From NCBI GenBank assembly GCA_030704615.1, contig CM060732.1:76384001-76448000 (forward strand): a DNA stretch of 64,000 nt, in the 5' to 3' direction. The DNA comes from Takakia lepidozioides. Its lineage: Eukaryota > Plantae > Bryophyta. Below the pieces are notes generated by a model, which saw nothing but the letters and a program-made list of their open reading frames with translations, did no database searches and had not been told where the DNA came from. Shown here in pieces: positions 13,489 to 26,400 of the stretch. The translations under genes were made by a program, and so were the position numbers. The first letter of the stretch is position 1. Every line of letters begins with the position of its first letter.

Positions 13489-13781
13489 GCCATTGTCTTA
13501 GTTCGGGGCCTAAAATGGCTAAGTCCCAGATCTGACTGGCACCAAAATCGGAAATTCGGCGCCATTTTTCCAGTTCCCGGCCTAGTCAGATCTGGGACTT
13601 AGCCATTTTCGGCAAGTAAATGCAATAAAATGTTGCATTTCAAGTCCACTGGTGCCACATTCCAACTTCACATGACCCTATTTCCGTGCCTCCTAACCCT
13701 ATTTCCGTGGACTTACAATGGTCTGCTCATGCTTTTTTTTTTTCCGCTCATGCTCATGCCGCTCATGAAATAGCAGCCCCC

Positions 13782-14040
13782 CCGGTAAAGTTTGAAAAGA
13801 AACAAAAATCATTTGGATGGGGAACCATACGTTTGCCTTTTTAATGAACTTCAATTGATCCCGTACTTGTCCAGGACCTATTTGAGGGTATGTGGAAGTT
13901 GGAACATGCTGGCAAAGTTTGAAAAGAAACAAAAATCATTTGGATGGGATTCATACATTCGCCATTTTAATGAAGTTCGATTGATCATATACTCGTCCTG
14001 GACCTGTTTGAGGGTATGTAGAACGTGTTGGCAAAGGGCA
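13782..14040. repeat. ~120-bp tandem satellite, right part
   Basis: AAAGTTTGAAAAGAAACAAAAATCATTTGGATGGG at 13787 and 13914. Confidence 0.75.
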
Positions 14041-17000
14041 TGAAGCTTGAGGTGACTGCATATAATATCCCTGGAGTTTGAACATGTGATAGGTTTGGAT
14101 AGAACATGAAGAGCACTTGTTCTATGCAACACGTTCACGAACGCCAGGAAAATGGAGTAGGAGGCCGCATGAAGAGATGTGAGGTGGCTAATTGCAGATG
14201 GAGTACTATATCAATAGTCTTAATTAGTCATGGGACGTGTGAGTTCTATGAAGACCTGCATTTTTAAATGCAGATTCAATTAAGTTCCTATGGAATGACA
14301 TATGCCAGGGTATTAGATTTTGTGATGTATACCATTGGACATAAGGACTTGAATAAACTGTGATGTCCATTCTTTGGTGTGATATTCGGGTATCAGTGAT
14401 CAGTACTACCTGTACTTCTAGATCAACTGGTATGTATGCATGCATAATATATTTGCGGCCTTTGAATTTAAACATCTTAAAACTACTAGCCTCAACATGC
14501 AGGAATTCTTATATCCCCTTGGAACAGACATTGAATGTAGTCTTACGCTGGCCTGGTTATGCTCTTTAGCAGGTTGATAATTGGTAGGTACCCAAGTGAT
14601 AGATCATAACGTATACATGTGATATATATAACTAAGTTCAACATTTTGTCCACCCGTCGGCCAGTAGTACTGATTGCCTGGGGGTTACCAAATGGAAGAA
14701 ATTGTTGGAAGAAATTATAAAATCGGATGACATTTTCCAACTGAGGAGAGGATAGCACCAGCTCCGCCTACAACCCTGGACAGCCTCCATTTAGGATTCC
14801 CAAGAAACGCATATCTCCTCTCGAATCAGTCTCATACGAGGGAAGATAGCGAGCCTTTTGTTGAATCTCATAAAGAATTACTTATGGACTCTGCTCATCA
14901 GCCCGTGATCTAATTTAACTTTAACTGAAGTACTTGTATAACCAAAAGTTTTTGGTGCTATCCAGACCTATATATGTTGACCATATGTGTATGACAACAG
15001 TACAACTGTATGGTGAGGTCGGACCTGGGGCCGATTCGATGCTCAAAAAAATGCTGGATTGGTCCTTTGTCTGTTTTTTCAGTTGTGAATATTCACAAGA
15101 AACTTTTGGCGGATCCCCTGGGTGTGTTGCAGGGGAAAGGGCCAATTTTCCCTGCAATCACACGGGGGATCCTTGTTTCCCCATTGACAATAAATCGTGT
15201 CAGGGGATCCGTATGTTAGGGGATCCGCGGGTCCGCGGGTCGCACCTTTTTCTCGCATCTTTTTATCTTTATCTATTTCTTTTTTTCTTCGTTTTTTTTT
15301 TTTTTTTCCTCACATTTTTTAAAGCATCTTGTACCCCTCTTTCGATGAGGGGCAAGAGTAGATATGGACAGTCCATTGTTGTGTTTGTGTTTGTGTTTGT
15401 GCTGTTTGTATTGGTTACGATTTGACTGCGATGGCTACGGCTCATTCAACTGTGCGATACTACCATGACTGGCATGGATAAAAAAAAAATAGGTGTACAT
15501 GCGACCTCCGCACGTTTAAAATTCCTCGACATTCAACAATAACACTGTCCATTCCACAAGATAACCGAAAACTTTTGAGAGCAAGATTTCAAAACCAGAG
15601 TCAATCTCTCACCAAATAGCGGCAACAACCCAAAGCATCCTTGAGGCTTCAGACATATGCATTCCAAGGATTCGCCACAAGGATTTCACATTACCAACCC
15701 GTACCAGCCACGCAAACCTACATTTTGCCTCATCGAATTTCAAATGACAGATACGCGAGGGTGCAGAACAATTCAAGTTTGGGGAGAAAAAGAAATGTAC
15801 GAAAAAAGCAAGATGTAACATGTACCAAAGAACCACTGGAATTGGAAGCACACCATGACAGTGCGATCGCAGTGAGTATGAGGAGGTAATCATACTAGAT
15901 GAATCTTTTCCAAGTACATCACAAGTATGCTTCGCACGCATAAGGTGGATGTGAGGATTACTTTCGATATGTTGTGGCAAGATATCGCTTGTAATATCTC
16001 CGCAAACTAGACGGTCAAAGTAAACTCTCTACCTGTAGTGTCTCACACTGTTTCTGATTAATATGATTCCAGTTTCACAACGGAATTGCAAGAAAACTGC
16101 ACCAATTCTATGTCTCCGTCACTAGGGAGCCTCCTATCGAAGAGTAGAAATAATTACAGTGACTCTGGAGCAGATTCCCTTGGAATCCTCCACAACATTG
16201 TCATTGTGCCTCACTTGTTCACTTTCATAGGCTTGAGACACTACTGGAAGCAACTGCCTGCCCGGGTCTAATATATGGGGTAAATACATGGTTCCAATCA
16301 AAACAAGGAATTTTTGAGGAGTACTGGAAGTCCAGAATACTTTGTTTGAAGGGAAACTCTGATGACTGAAACAAAGGTTTCCAGAATGTTAGTGGCCTCC
16401 ATTCTATTATTTTTCCTTCCCATCCTCTCACTCCTCTATTTTTTGCTCCATTGGAACAGAATAGGGCAGTCTTGCGGCCACAAGGCTACAGCAAGCAAAG
16501 TGTAATCAATACATCTTCCCCTTTGACACTCTCTCTACGTGGACAGTCCATTTTCCCCTACTTAAATACACATGTTATTCCCCTGTGATCCCATTTTCCA
16601 AAGGTCTTATTTTCCAAAGTCCCCATTTTCCCCTACTTAAATACACATGGTATTCCCTGTGGTCCCATTTTCCCCTCCAATACGAAGATCCCATGCGTAG
16701 CAAATTTAACTTCAAATCCCCTATGGCTTCATACACGGGGTTGCACACGTCAATGATGTCACGTCACGTCGGACCTCATGCTGACGCGACCAACGTCACG
16801 TCAGTTTTGCCGAAAAATCAGTAAAACATGAGTTAGGTGAAAAATATGTCACGTAGATGGACACGTTGTATTCCAAGCAACACCTTGGCAAGTGAATGAA
16901 TTGTTTTATAAATTACTCCATCCGCCAGTATTTGAGGTCATTTTTAAGTCATTATTGTTAAATTGGTGCGACCTCCAAATGGTGGTGGTCGCAGAATTTA

Positions 17001-17166
17001 TCTTATTTTTTAATAGTTGCGACCACTAGCAGAGGGGTTGTCGCAGCATTTTTGTTTTTTTTAAATAGATGCGACTACCAACAGGGGTGGTCGCAACACC
17101 CGATTGTAGCCAGCACTTGTACGAACCATACCATTGAGGCAACAATCAATGCAATAAGGCTTAAAT

Positions 17167-18930
17167 TTGTCGCACAGGAGGACTCTGGATAAGAAGTGGG
17201 CCCAATTTTTCTACGAGGCCAATATTCCGTTCAATGTCTCGAGGCTTCCTGCGTTTGTGGCTGCTGTCAAAGCCACGTCCGATTCCAAGTCCACATACAC
17301 ACCACCAAGTTATCGCAATCTCCGCACTGGATTCCTAGAAGAGGCTATGTCTGACCTCACCCAAAAGATGAATGAAAAGACAAGTGATTCTCGCCGGAAA
17401 TATGGAAGCACTATATGTGGGGACGGTTGGAGTTCTGTTACTAATCGACCACTATTCAATGGCATGCTGGTCTGTCCTGCGGGGGAACAGTTTTTGGGAT
17501 CCATTGACAGAAGCGGGGAGAGAAAAGATGCACGTTATCAAGCAGGGTTGTTGACGAGTTTCATCGATAAAATTGGAGCTGATAAAATTGTCCAAGTGTG
17601 CACGGACAATGCATCTAACATGGTTAAAATGACCGATATTTTGATGGTACGATATCCCCATCTATATTACCAAGGGTGTGTTGCTCATATCTTTGATTTC
17701 ATTTCGGAGGATTGGGAAAAAGAATCATGGATGAAACAACTAGTAAAAATGGCAAAGTCGGTTGTGACGTTCATTCGTACACATAACATCCCTCTGGCAT
17801 TGTTTAGAAAGCATGAACCCAAATACAGCCTTAGGAACCCGGGTGAAACCCGCTTTGCCACAAAAATTTTGATGGTGGATCGACTGGTGACTGTGAGGGC
17901 GGGTCTGGAGCAGGTGATCATTGACCCTCAATGGGATGCATATGTGGGCACCTTACGCGACTCTCGTAAGTCCAAGTCTTTGAGCAAAAGTCGGAGGGTC
18001 CGCGCAATCATTCGCTCCGACGATTTCTGACGAAATGTGCAAATTTTGTGTAGATGGTGGAGCCGGTGTTGATTGCTTTGCGGGAGTTGATGGAAAACAA
18101 CCAATAATGGGTAAAACATGGTTGATATTGGAAAACCTTGAGAAGCACGTGCAATCCTTGAGGCGTCCTCCATTTTCTATGGACGATGATTTGGCGGCAA
18201 GGACCGAGGATGCATTTTACGACCGCAAACGGATGGTTCTCACGGACTTGCATTAATGCGGGGACCTTGCTGAATCCATTGTTGCTAGACAATACAGATT
18301 TGAGAGGCGATGTGGATACCAAAGCCGGGCTTGTATGGGTGATCATGCAACTCGCGCCCTTGAACATGGCAGAGTGAGCTTTGTCCGAGTACCAGTGCTT
18401 CTCGAATCGCCATAATCCTTTCCATGACATGTCGGATCCAAAAGCAATGAACATGTTGCCACATGAATAGTGGGATCTGATTGGAGCTGGAGCAAGAACG
18501 TTAGCTCCCATTGCAAAGCCTATTCTTGTTCAAGTGTGCTCTCCCTCGTCCTGTGAGCGGAACTGGAGCAGTTACTCGTTTGTTCACAACAAGTTTCGTA
18601 ATAGGTTGAATCCTGCCAGGGCTGACAAATTGATTTGTGTCTACACGAATTGTAGGCTACTGCGAGAGAGGACAGCAAGTGACGCATCTGCATCTTACGA
18701 GAAGAATCTGTTGTCTGAAGAATCTGCCTCAGAGGTCCAATCTAGTAGCAATGATGACACCGACGCCGCGAGGGACTCCGACTCCGACGGTTGGGATGGG
18801 TCCGATGATGTGGGCAATCCTCCACATGACCCAATGGAATTTAATGACAATGATGCTGCAATGCATCCATCCTTCGATGACCTTATTGTTGATGAACTGC
18901 GACATGGTGTCATCCCAATTGCGGACTCTT
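17167..18930 (+). pseudogene. hAT transposase pseudogene (DUF659 core + C-terminal dimerisation domain; BED finger deleted)
   Basis: FFYEANIPFN, DGWSS, QVCTDNASNM, CVAHIFD, TRFAT, CERNWSSYSFVHNKFRNRL. Stops at 18028, 18254 and 18375. Confidence 0.9.
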
Positions 18931-20915
18931 CTCACAGGTCCCGGACTAATATCAGATCAATCAAAATTCATTTGATGGCTCAACGGATGGTTGGCCATCG
19001 AAATGATTTTGGTTCGCTTTTAGGCTTGGCCAGTATGTTCAATATACCATGGAAGAGGCCCCAGAGTAATATGAGATCAATCGAAATTTGTTCAAAGGGC
19101 CAACCCATTGGTTCACCCTTTGAACCATTTTACATTGACATTATACTTGTCCAGTAGCTTTAAGAGTGCATGTACAAGACACTTGCAAAGTTTCAAATCA
19201 ATCCAAAATTATTTGGCAGGGGAATGATTGGTTCACCCATAGCCAATTTCAGGGGCTGAAATTGCCATTTATGGGGCTCGAATTGCCAATCTCAGGGGCT
19301 GGATTTGCAATTTGAGGGGCTGAAATTGCCATTTCAGGGGCTTCATTTGCCAATTTCAGGGGATGCACTAGCAATTGCCATTTCACAGGCTACTATTGCA
19401 ATTTGATGGGCGGGAATTGTCATTTCAGGGGCTAGAAGTGCAATTTGAGGGGTTGGAATTAAATTTCAGGGGCTTCAATTGCAATTTGAGGGGTTGGAAT
19501 TGACAATTTCAAGGGCTCAAATTACAATTTGAGAGGCGGCCGGGGTTGGTCATTTTAGGGACTGGCATTACCAATTTTAAGGGCTTGAATTGCATTTTGA
19601 ATTATAATTCAAGGGTTAGAATGGGCCATTGGGGGGCTAGAATTACCAAAGCAATGACATCCAGAGCAATATAAAATCATTTGATAACAGAATGATTGGT
19701 TCACCATTTCAACCATTTTTTATTCACGTCATACTTGTCCGGTACTTGTAAGAGGGCATGTGGTTGACACTTGCAAAGCTTCAAAGCAATGTAAAATCAT
19801 TTGATAGGGGAACAATTGGTTCACCCTTTCAACCATATTTTACTGACCTCATACTTGTCCGGTACCTTTAAAATGGCATGTAAAAGACACTTGCAAAGCT
19901 TTAAAGCACTCAAAAATTATTTGATATATTCATGATTGATTCACCCTTTCAACCATTTTAGATTGACTTGAAACTTGTGAAAGACCTGTAAGAGGGCATG
20001 TACAAGACACTTGCAAAGTTTCAAATCAATTTAAAATCATTTGGTAGGGGGACGATTGGTTTATCCTTTAAACCATTTTAGATTGATGTCATACTTCTCA
20101 AAGACGTGTAAGAGGGCATGTAGAAGACACTTGCAAAGTTTCGGAGCAATAAAATATCATTTCATCGGGGAACTTTCCGTTCACCCTTTCATCCAATTTT
20201 GAATTGAATTGGATTTTTACTAAATAAAATGATTTAGAGGGCATAGGATTGTGGGGCGCAATGATTTTGTTTTTGGCTTGATTTTGTTCTGTGAGTTGAA
20301 CCCTCACACCACCACATCCTTGCCAAAAAACATACCAAAGAAAAATGTTTGAAAAAAAACATTCATCCTTTGCTCTATGCTCACTATTGCAGAACTCTCT
20401 ATGAAGAGTGCATGAAGTTGAAGATAACTACACCTTGGAGTGCAAATGAGGGAATAAAATGTGTTTTGGATGTTGTTCATGGTGATATGATGCATGCAAC
20501 TCTTCATGTTGTTATCAAGCATATGGCTTCAGAATGGAATTAAAAACAATTCATGTGCAGGCGAAAGGTTGTTTCTCGTCTATACAACACATACCTCCGT
20601 TATGAATTTGAATAACCTATTCAGACAACTTTGTTTAAGTTTAACTTTGGTCCATATGTGCTTAAGTACATACAAATCACATACACAAAGTTGCAAGCGA
20701 AGAAAAAATCATTTGCCCCCCGAACGACTCGTTAAACCTTTCAACCAATTTTCAATCATGAATCATTTAATAGGGGAACTATTGGTTCACCCTTAGAACC
20801 ATTTTAGATTGACCTCATACTTGTCCGGTAACTTAACGAGGGCATGTACAAGACACTCCCAAAGTTTCAAATCAATCTAAAATCATTTGGCAGGGGAACG
20901 ATTGGTTCACCCATT
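18930..20915. repeat. ~120-bp satellite blocks with an embedded ~20-bp minisatellite (19240-19650)
   Basis: GCAAAG.TT anchor at 19773, 19893, 20013 and 20133 (period 120). AATTTCAGGGGCTGAAATTGC-like units at 19240-19650. Confidence 0.8.
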
Positions 20916-21082
20916 GACTTGGTGTACACTGTCACTCTTCAAGATTCGTGGGTGTGGTGCTTGATTATCCCATATGATGGACCCAGGTGCCATGGCCAAG
21001 TAACAAACCATTAAAACATTATGGTACGAGACAAACACAATTGAAAACAACATTTATTCAAACATGATGTACAGTCAGAGGT

Positions 21083-22620
21083 CTACAAGTTTCTATCTAT
21101 CCTCCAGCAATTTTTGGGCTCAGACCAATTGAATAGCCCCGTCATAAAACGCTTCACAACATTTTCTAGTTTGTACCGCAACTCTACTGTGTTTACACAC
21201 AAGTTTTCCAGAGCCGAAACAAAACAGGTTCCAGTAGACATATCGTTGAACAGGCTTGCATAGAACGTGTTATCCCCATTTACTGCCTGGGCTATCTTCC
21301 CAATTGCAAAGGTCTCTGATGGCATGGTTAGAGGGGGCCTGGCCTACGAAATGTGTCATGTGACTGGTTGTTGGCTACATTATGAACAATTGCAATTTCA
21401 GGTGCAATCCACCATCTATGTGCGAGAGTCTTTATCATCTTGTCTCTGCTCTCGAAAATGTACAACGTGGTTTTTGGGTCATCCGTCGTGGAGGCCATCC
21501 CCCAATCGCATACCCCGATGTACACATCTTCAGACCCTTCTGGAAAATGCAACAAGATGTTGTCGGAGGACATGTCGTTGTGCAAGAGGTGGTGATTATG
21601 GACGTTGAGCATGATGTGCAAAAGCGCCCATGCCAATTGGGTGCGATTCTGTCGGAATTGAACCAGTCGGTTGACCTCCTGCATTTCCTACTCCGTCCCC
21701 CGTCGTTCCATTAACTCTCTGTTATCCCGATCATTCCCCCATTTCCTGTCAATACTCAACCATGATCGTATGGTCCCCCCATTCCACCAATGTGTGTAAC
21801 CTTCATTTCGACGTGGATGCAACGCAAAATACTTTAAGATGTCGAAATGATGGAACTTTACAACCAACGCCTCATTGTTATGTTGGACTTTGGCAAGCTC
21901 AGCATTTGTTTCCCTGGGCGTTTTCCCTGCTAGCTCCCAGGATGAAGGAATGAATTGATTCCCAACAATTCTAACCCTCCGAATTGTATCATACCCTCCC
22001 TGTTTGGGCGCGTCGAATTATTCTACCTATGCGTTTGTGGATATGTATCTCACATTCAATGCCGCATCCGCGGACGAGGACCCTGCCTTCCATGGGAGTG
22101 GTTTCGTATGTCGTTTGGCGTGGGCCTTTGCCATGTCAGACCACCAATCCACAAGCACAAACAACTCCTCCTCCAAAGTTAGCATGCGACAGGTCTTCAG
22201 CTACAGGTGTTCTCGTAACAAACTTGTCCATGGTTTGCCTCAGATTCCATGTGGCATCATGGGCCTGGTCCTCCATCCATTTCGTGAACTGGAACTTCGC
22301 CCTGTCCTCCTCCCATTCATCCCCGGCCAAAGCCTCCCTCATTCTCATCTCCATATTGTGTTGGAATCTAAGGACCCCCTCATTCCGATGTCCGACATAC
22401 AAAAGATTCAAACGCATTATGTCATTGTCCTTCAAATAATCCAGCACTACTTCACCACCTTCGCGGCCTCTACGCTTGGATAGTCTTTTTTGTTGACCTG
22501 ACTATCCCGTTCATGTGCATGTTTACGCTTCATATCTTTAAGCCCACCTCCCGAGGAACCCCCTGACACTGCGTTCGAAGCAATGTTTCCGGACATGATG
22601 AAAGTACTCTGCGGAATAGA
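21083..22620 (-). pseudogene. Protein kinase pseudogene with N-terminal extension, inside the hAT element
   Basis: Manual translation of one frame: GGYDTIRRV (decayed G-loop, ~21990), LAGK (~21925), WWNGGTI, stop at 21688, HNDMSSDNILL, VCDWGMA, WIAPE; after a frameshift, SETFAIG. Confidence 0.8.
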
Positions 22621-22969
22621 CGCGGCTTCGTAACGGAAAACTAAACCCAGACTATTGATAACCTTATATACTAGTAGAACAATTTCATCACCCTCTATCG
22701 GTATAGTACCCAAAGCAAACTGTATCCCGCAGTCCCAGGAAAAAAAGGCAAAAACTCCTCCCCCACACAAATCCACTTCCCCCCCCACAGCTCAGTCCTG
22801 GTCACCGAAGTTGAGACTCGAAGAAGCCCCAGAATCGCACTCACAGAGAGGGAAAAAAAATGGGTTGGGAATGAGGGGTAGGCCCTCATATACTGCCTGG
22901 AGAGGCTTGCCTTGAGCAGCGCGCGACCGCCTCTGCTGCCCATTCACGCCTCGCCACGTGTCTAGGTAG

Positions 22970-23450
22970 CGGTCGCACCTATGGGTGGTCGCAACTAATA
23001 ACAAAACAAAAAAACTGCTACAACCCCCCCCCTTGCTGATGGCCGACATTTTTAAAAACAAAACGAAAATGTGCGACCCCCCCATAAGCGGTCGCACCTA
23101 ATAACAAAAAAGAGAAAGTCTGCGACCACCAGCCGGTGGTGGTCGCACCCATTTAAAAATGTGCGACCATCCCCTGCTGGTGGTCGCACCTATTTAAAAA
23201 AAATGAAAATGTTGCGACCACCACCTGCTGGTAGTCGCACCCAATTTTTTGTTTTTTTAAATGTGCGACCACCCTCTGCTTGTGGTCGCACCTATTTTTT
23301 TTTTTTTTATAAATGTTGCGACCACCACCTGCCGGTGGTCGCACCCATTTAAAAAATAAGAAAAAATGTGCGACCACCCCCTTCTGGTGGTCGCACCTAT
23401 TTAATAAATAAATAAAATTGTTCGACCAACCGTTGCTGACGGTCGCATTA
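22970..23450. repeat. hAT subterminal hairpin array (GCGACCACC-N-GGTGGTCGC, ~40-bp period)
   Basis: About 11 short palindromic units separated by A/T-rich spacers. Confidence 0.85.
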
Positions 23451-26400
23451 TTGACAATATAAATCATAATATATGAATTTTACAAATAAATAATGAAGTC
23501 CACGTAATGAGGCCACATCGGTTGCCACGTCGGTTCTCATAGTAAATAGTCAATAGTAAAGTAAAAAAAATAAACATATTTATGTACAGTAACGTCCGTT
23601 TAGGACGTGACGTGACGTGACGCACGTCCGTCGCTGACGCGTCAATGCCACGTCACATCCAAATTTGCAACTAGGTTCATAGGGGATTTGAAGTATTCCC
23701 CAACAGGGGACTAACCAAAAGATTCTTATGATTGTTCATACATGCACAAAGATCGCAGTGCCATGATGTACACCCATCCATCAGCAGCAAATACATACTG
23801 GCCAAGAAACAGCAATCATTGACGCAGTGTAAGAGCAAGTGCAAGAGGTTTTAGCCTTGATTAATCATCCCCTTCTCTTTACGGCCTTCTCACACACCCA
23901 CAGCGCTACACAGAAACACAGGCAACCCGAGAGGCAACCATAAGACAACATTTCTAGCGTCTTCCATATCCAGACCACAGGACTAGATCCATTCACATCC
24001 ATCTTTCCGCCTCCATTGTCCCACCTTTGACTAGATTTGAAAAAAAATCCTTACCAAGCTTGTCCTTCTCTGTTGTCCAATCAAGTGCTTGGCATGTTTA
24101 AATCACTCGGTGCCACCATCATGGGGAACTAAACAATCCTAGAAGGATTCAACCAACCCTCCATCCTAATGACCTCTTTACGATGCTTATGTCTGTAGTT
24201 TGGACAGTGATCTTGGATTAATCTGTAAGCACCACCATGCAGTTGAGTAGCTCCATTCGTTCAAACACAGCCTCCTACTTGACCCAGTTGTAGACACTCG
24301 GAAAATCCTTGGGTAATGCATTTGCCTGCTTAGATAGATTATGATTCTGATTTTAATCACATAGTTACTGCAGTAGTAAAGCTGGTAGTTATGTCACCGT
24401 CTTAGTAGTCGATGGATAAGTCCGCTGGCGGTGGCAAATCAATTCTTCATTTCATTAGGTAGTTGCATAGCATAGTTAAGTAGATCAGGTGTTCCTTTTT
24501 GTTTCTATTCTAGCCTACGGTCCTCTGCTGTTGTAATACAACAACTCTACATTTGACAGGAACAATAACTTTTGCAAAACAGAGAAACATGAAGATTAAC
24601 CCTTAACCGACGACCACCATTTCGGTGGGCCAGCCCAAAAAGGGTATATAATGTCGTTGATGATGCCATAACTTCCTGGCATGAATCAACCACAGAAAGC
24701 AACCTTACAGAAATGTTTCTACCTACTACATCTATGTGCCCATGAATTTGCAGAGACTTTCACCATTGGAAATGGCAGATTAGAACAAAATAGTAATGTG
24801 GTTTTTCCACATGGCCAGCATTTCGACCCCCAAAAAAAGCTTTGACCAAGCTCGAAGTGGGGGTTATTGATTTTTGTTGTGGGAATGGCCCACATGTTCA
24901 CATTCTTGGGCACTCACATGATGTAGGGCTGAAATTTCAGCCCCATACCCCCAAATTTTATGTGGGGTCCTTTGTATGTGAAGTTGGGGGAGTCAAATTG
25001 CACTCCCCCAACAAAGGTTTACACTCTGCTCCATGGGGTGCTGAATTTTTAGCTGTGAAATTTTTCCTATGGTTATGTTGTGCTCTTCTACAGTGCACAG
25101 AGAATGCCAGAAGAACTTTTGGATTCTTCCAAAAATAAATCCTTAGATCTGAATTCGGGCTGTTTTTTTCTTGAAGAAAATTGGCGGGCCCTCACGGCGC
25201 TCACCCGCAGCCTCTTCAACTACCTTGTCCCGGGTAGTGCACACGTTTTATGCACACCAAGAGTTCAGCGCGCCAACCGCCATGGCCAACCGTCATGTTG
25301 ACCGCATGAGCTCCCTGTCCTCCTTGATATTACTGCATTCTTCAGAGACAATTCAAAAGCGTCCACTCAATGTTCATGGACGCTTCATATTTTTGAGAGT
25401 GTGCCTACCCCATCATGTACAACCAGTCCAATAACAAAATGATGTCCACAAATTTTGCTTTTCATGTGGGTTCCATGTGCCCTAAATAAACCATTCAGCA
25501 ATTGTTGTTGCAGGTTTTTGCACTTCCGCCATGGAATCACATGCCACTAATGGGATAATGCTCAACAAGATCAGTTTGAGGACCAGTATCCGCAGAGCTA
25601 ATCGTTCCTGTTATCAATCTTCACTGAGGATATCCTTCAATAGAACCACCAGTCTTGCACCCAAGAATGTGCATAGTATAGCCACCAGTATGTGCGAGAT
25701 GAGCAGCCTCATGGGGAAGTAAGATGGGACCTGACTTGAGGTTATAGCTGCAACTGCCTTCATGGCAAATTTGACGTGGGTGTACAGTTTAGTTTCCCAG
25801 ATTGAGTTTACCGCTTGAATAATTGCCTCTTCAGATTTGTACAATTTCAGGGCCACAATTGTATGGGACTTTGTATCGATTTTAGAAACGATGCCCCCAT
25901 GGGCAATAACGATGACATCAATTCCAAACGGCTTCAGCTCCTGCCTGGCAACATAGTGTCAATCAAACATTTGGATTATCAAGTTGAGCCCATCCCATCA
26001 GCAAAGTCACCACCCTCCTGTGTCTAGTTTCCTTCTACGCTGGCACAGGTACTACGAGAGCTCCTATTCTGTCAGTTACCAATGCAATCCCATCAGTGAC
26101 GATGGTCAACGAAGGTGAACAAGAACATTTCAATCTGCCCAATGAACCTCCCCGAAAAAAATTAAATTTTAGAGTAATTGAATACAAGATCACATTCCAA
26201 AAAGCGAAAAGAGCCACCTTCGTTCAACTTAGGTCCAACAATTTTTATTTTTATTTTCACCATTATCCCTGGACATTTCCGTAGCATAAGATTCCAAGCT
26301 AAAGATTAAAATGGCTAAAAAACATGCAGAATTCTTCCACGTTCGTGCAAAATTCTTCCACGTTAGAAGTCCATATCTCAAGTTGGTTTTTTTTTTTTTT

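Larger units (their letters stand above)
6975..13781 (-). mobile_element. Mutator-like element (MULE), non-autonomous
   Basis: TIRs: GCTATTTCATGAGC..GAGCGG from 6982, inverted at 13744-13774. 9-bp TSD CCGATAAAG (6966-6974) / CCGGTAAAG (13782-13790). Removing the element rejoins a satellite unit. Contains a MULE transposase pseudogene. Confidence 0.85.
16736..23675 (+). mobile_element. hAT DNA transposon copy 1 (internally deleted; carries satellite and kinase pseudogene)
   Basis: Left end CGGGGTTGCACACGTC (homologous to 31565). Right end TTTGCAACTAGG (imperfect TIR). CACGTCAC clusters inside both ends. Flanks TTCATACA / TTCATAGG (partial TSD). GCGACCAC/GTGGTCGC subterminal arrays. Confidence 0.7.

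Noticed and set aside
14060-16500. Possible decayed coding sequence
   Set aside because: No consistent frame or motif found by eye.
22970-23450. CRISPR-like palindromic repeat/spacer pattern (also 31928-32500 and 36965-37365)
   Set aside because: Spacers are low-complexity A/T runs, repeats are degenerate, there are no cas genes, and the context is a eukaryotic transposon.
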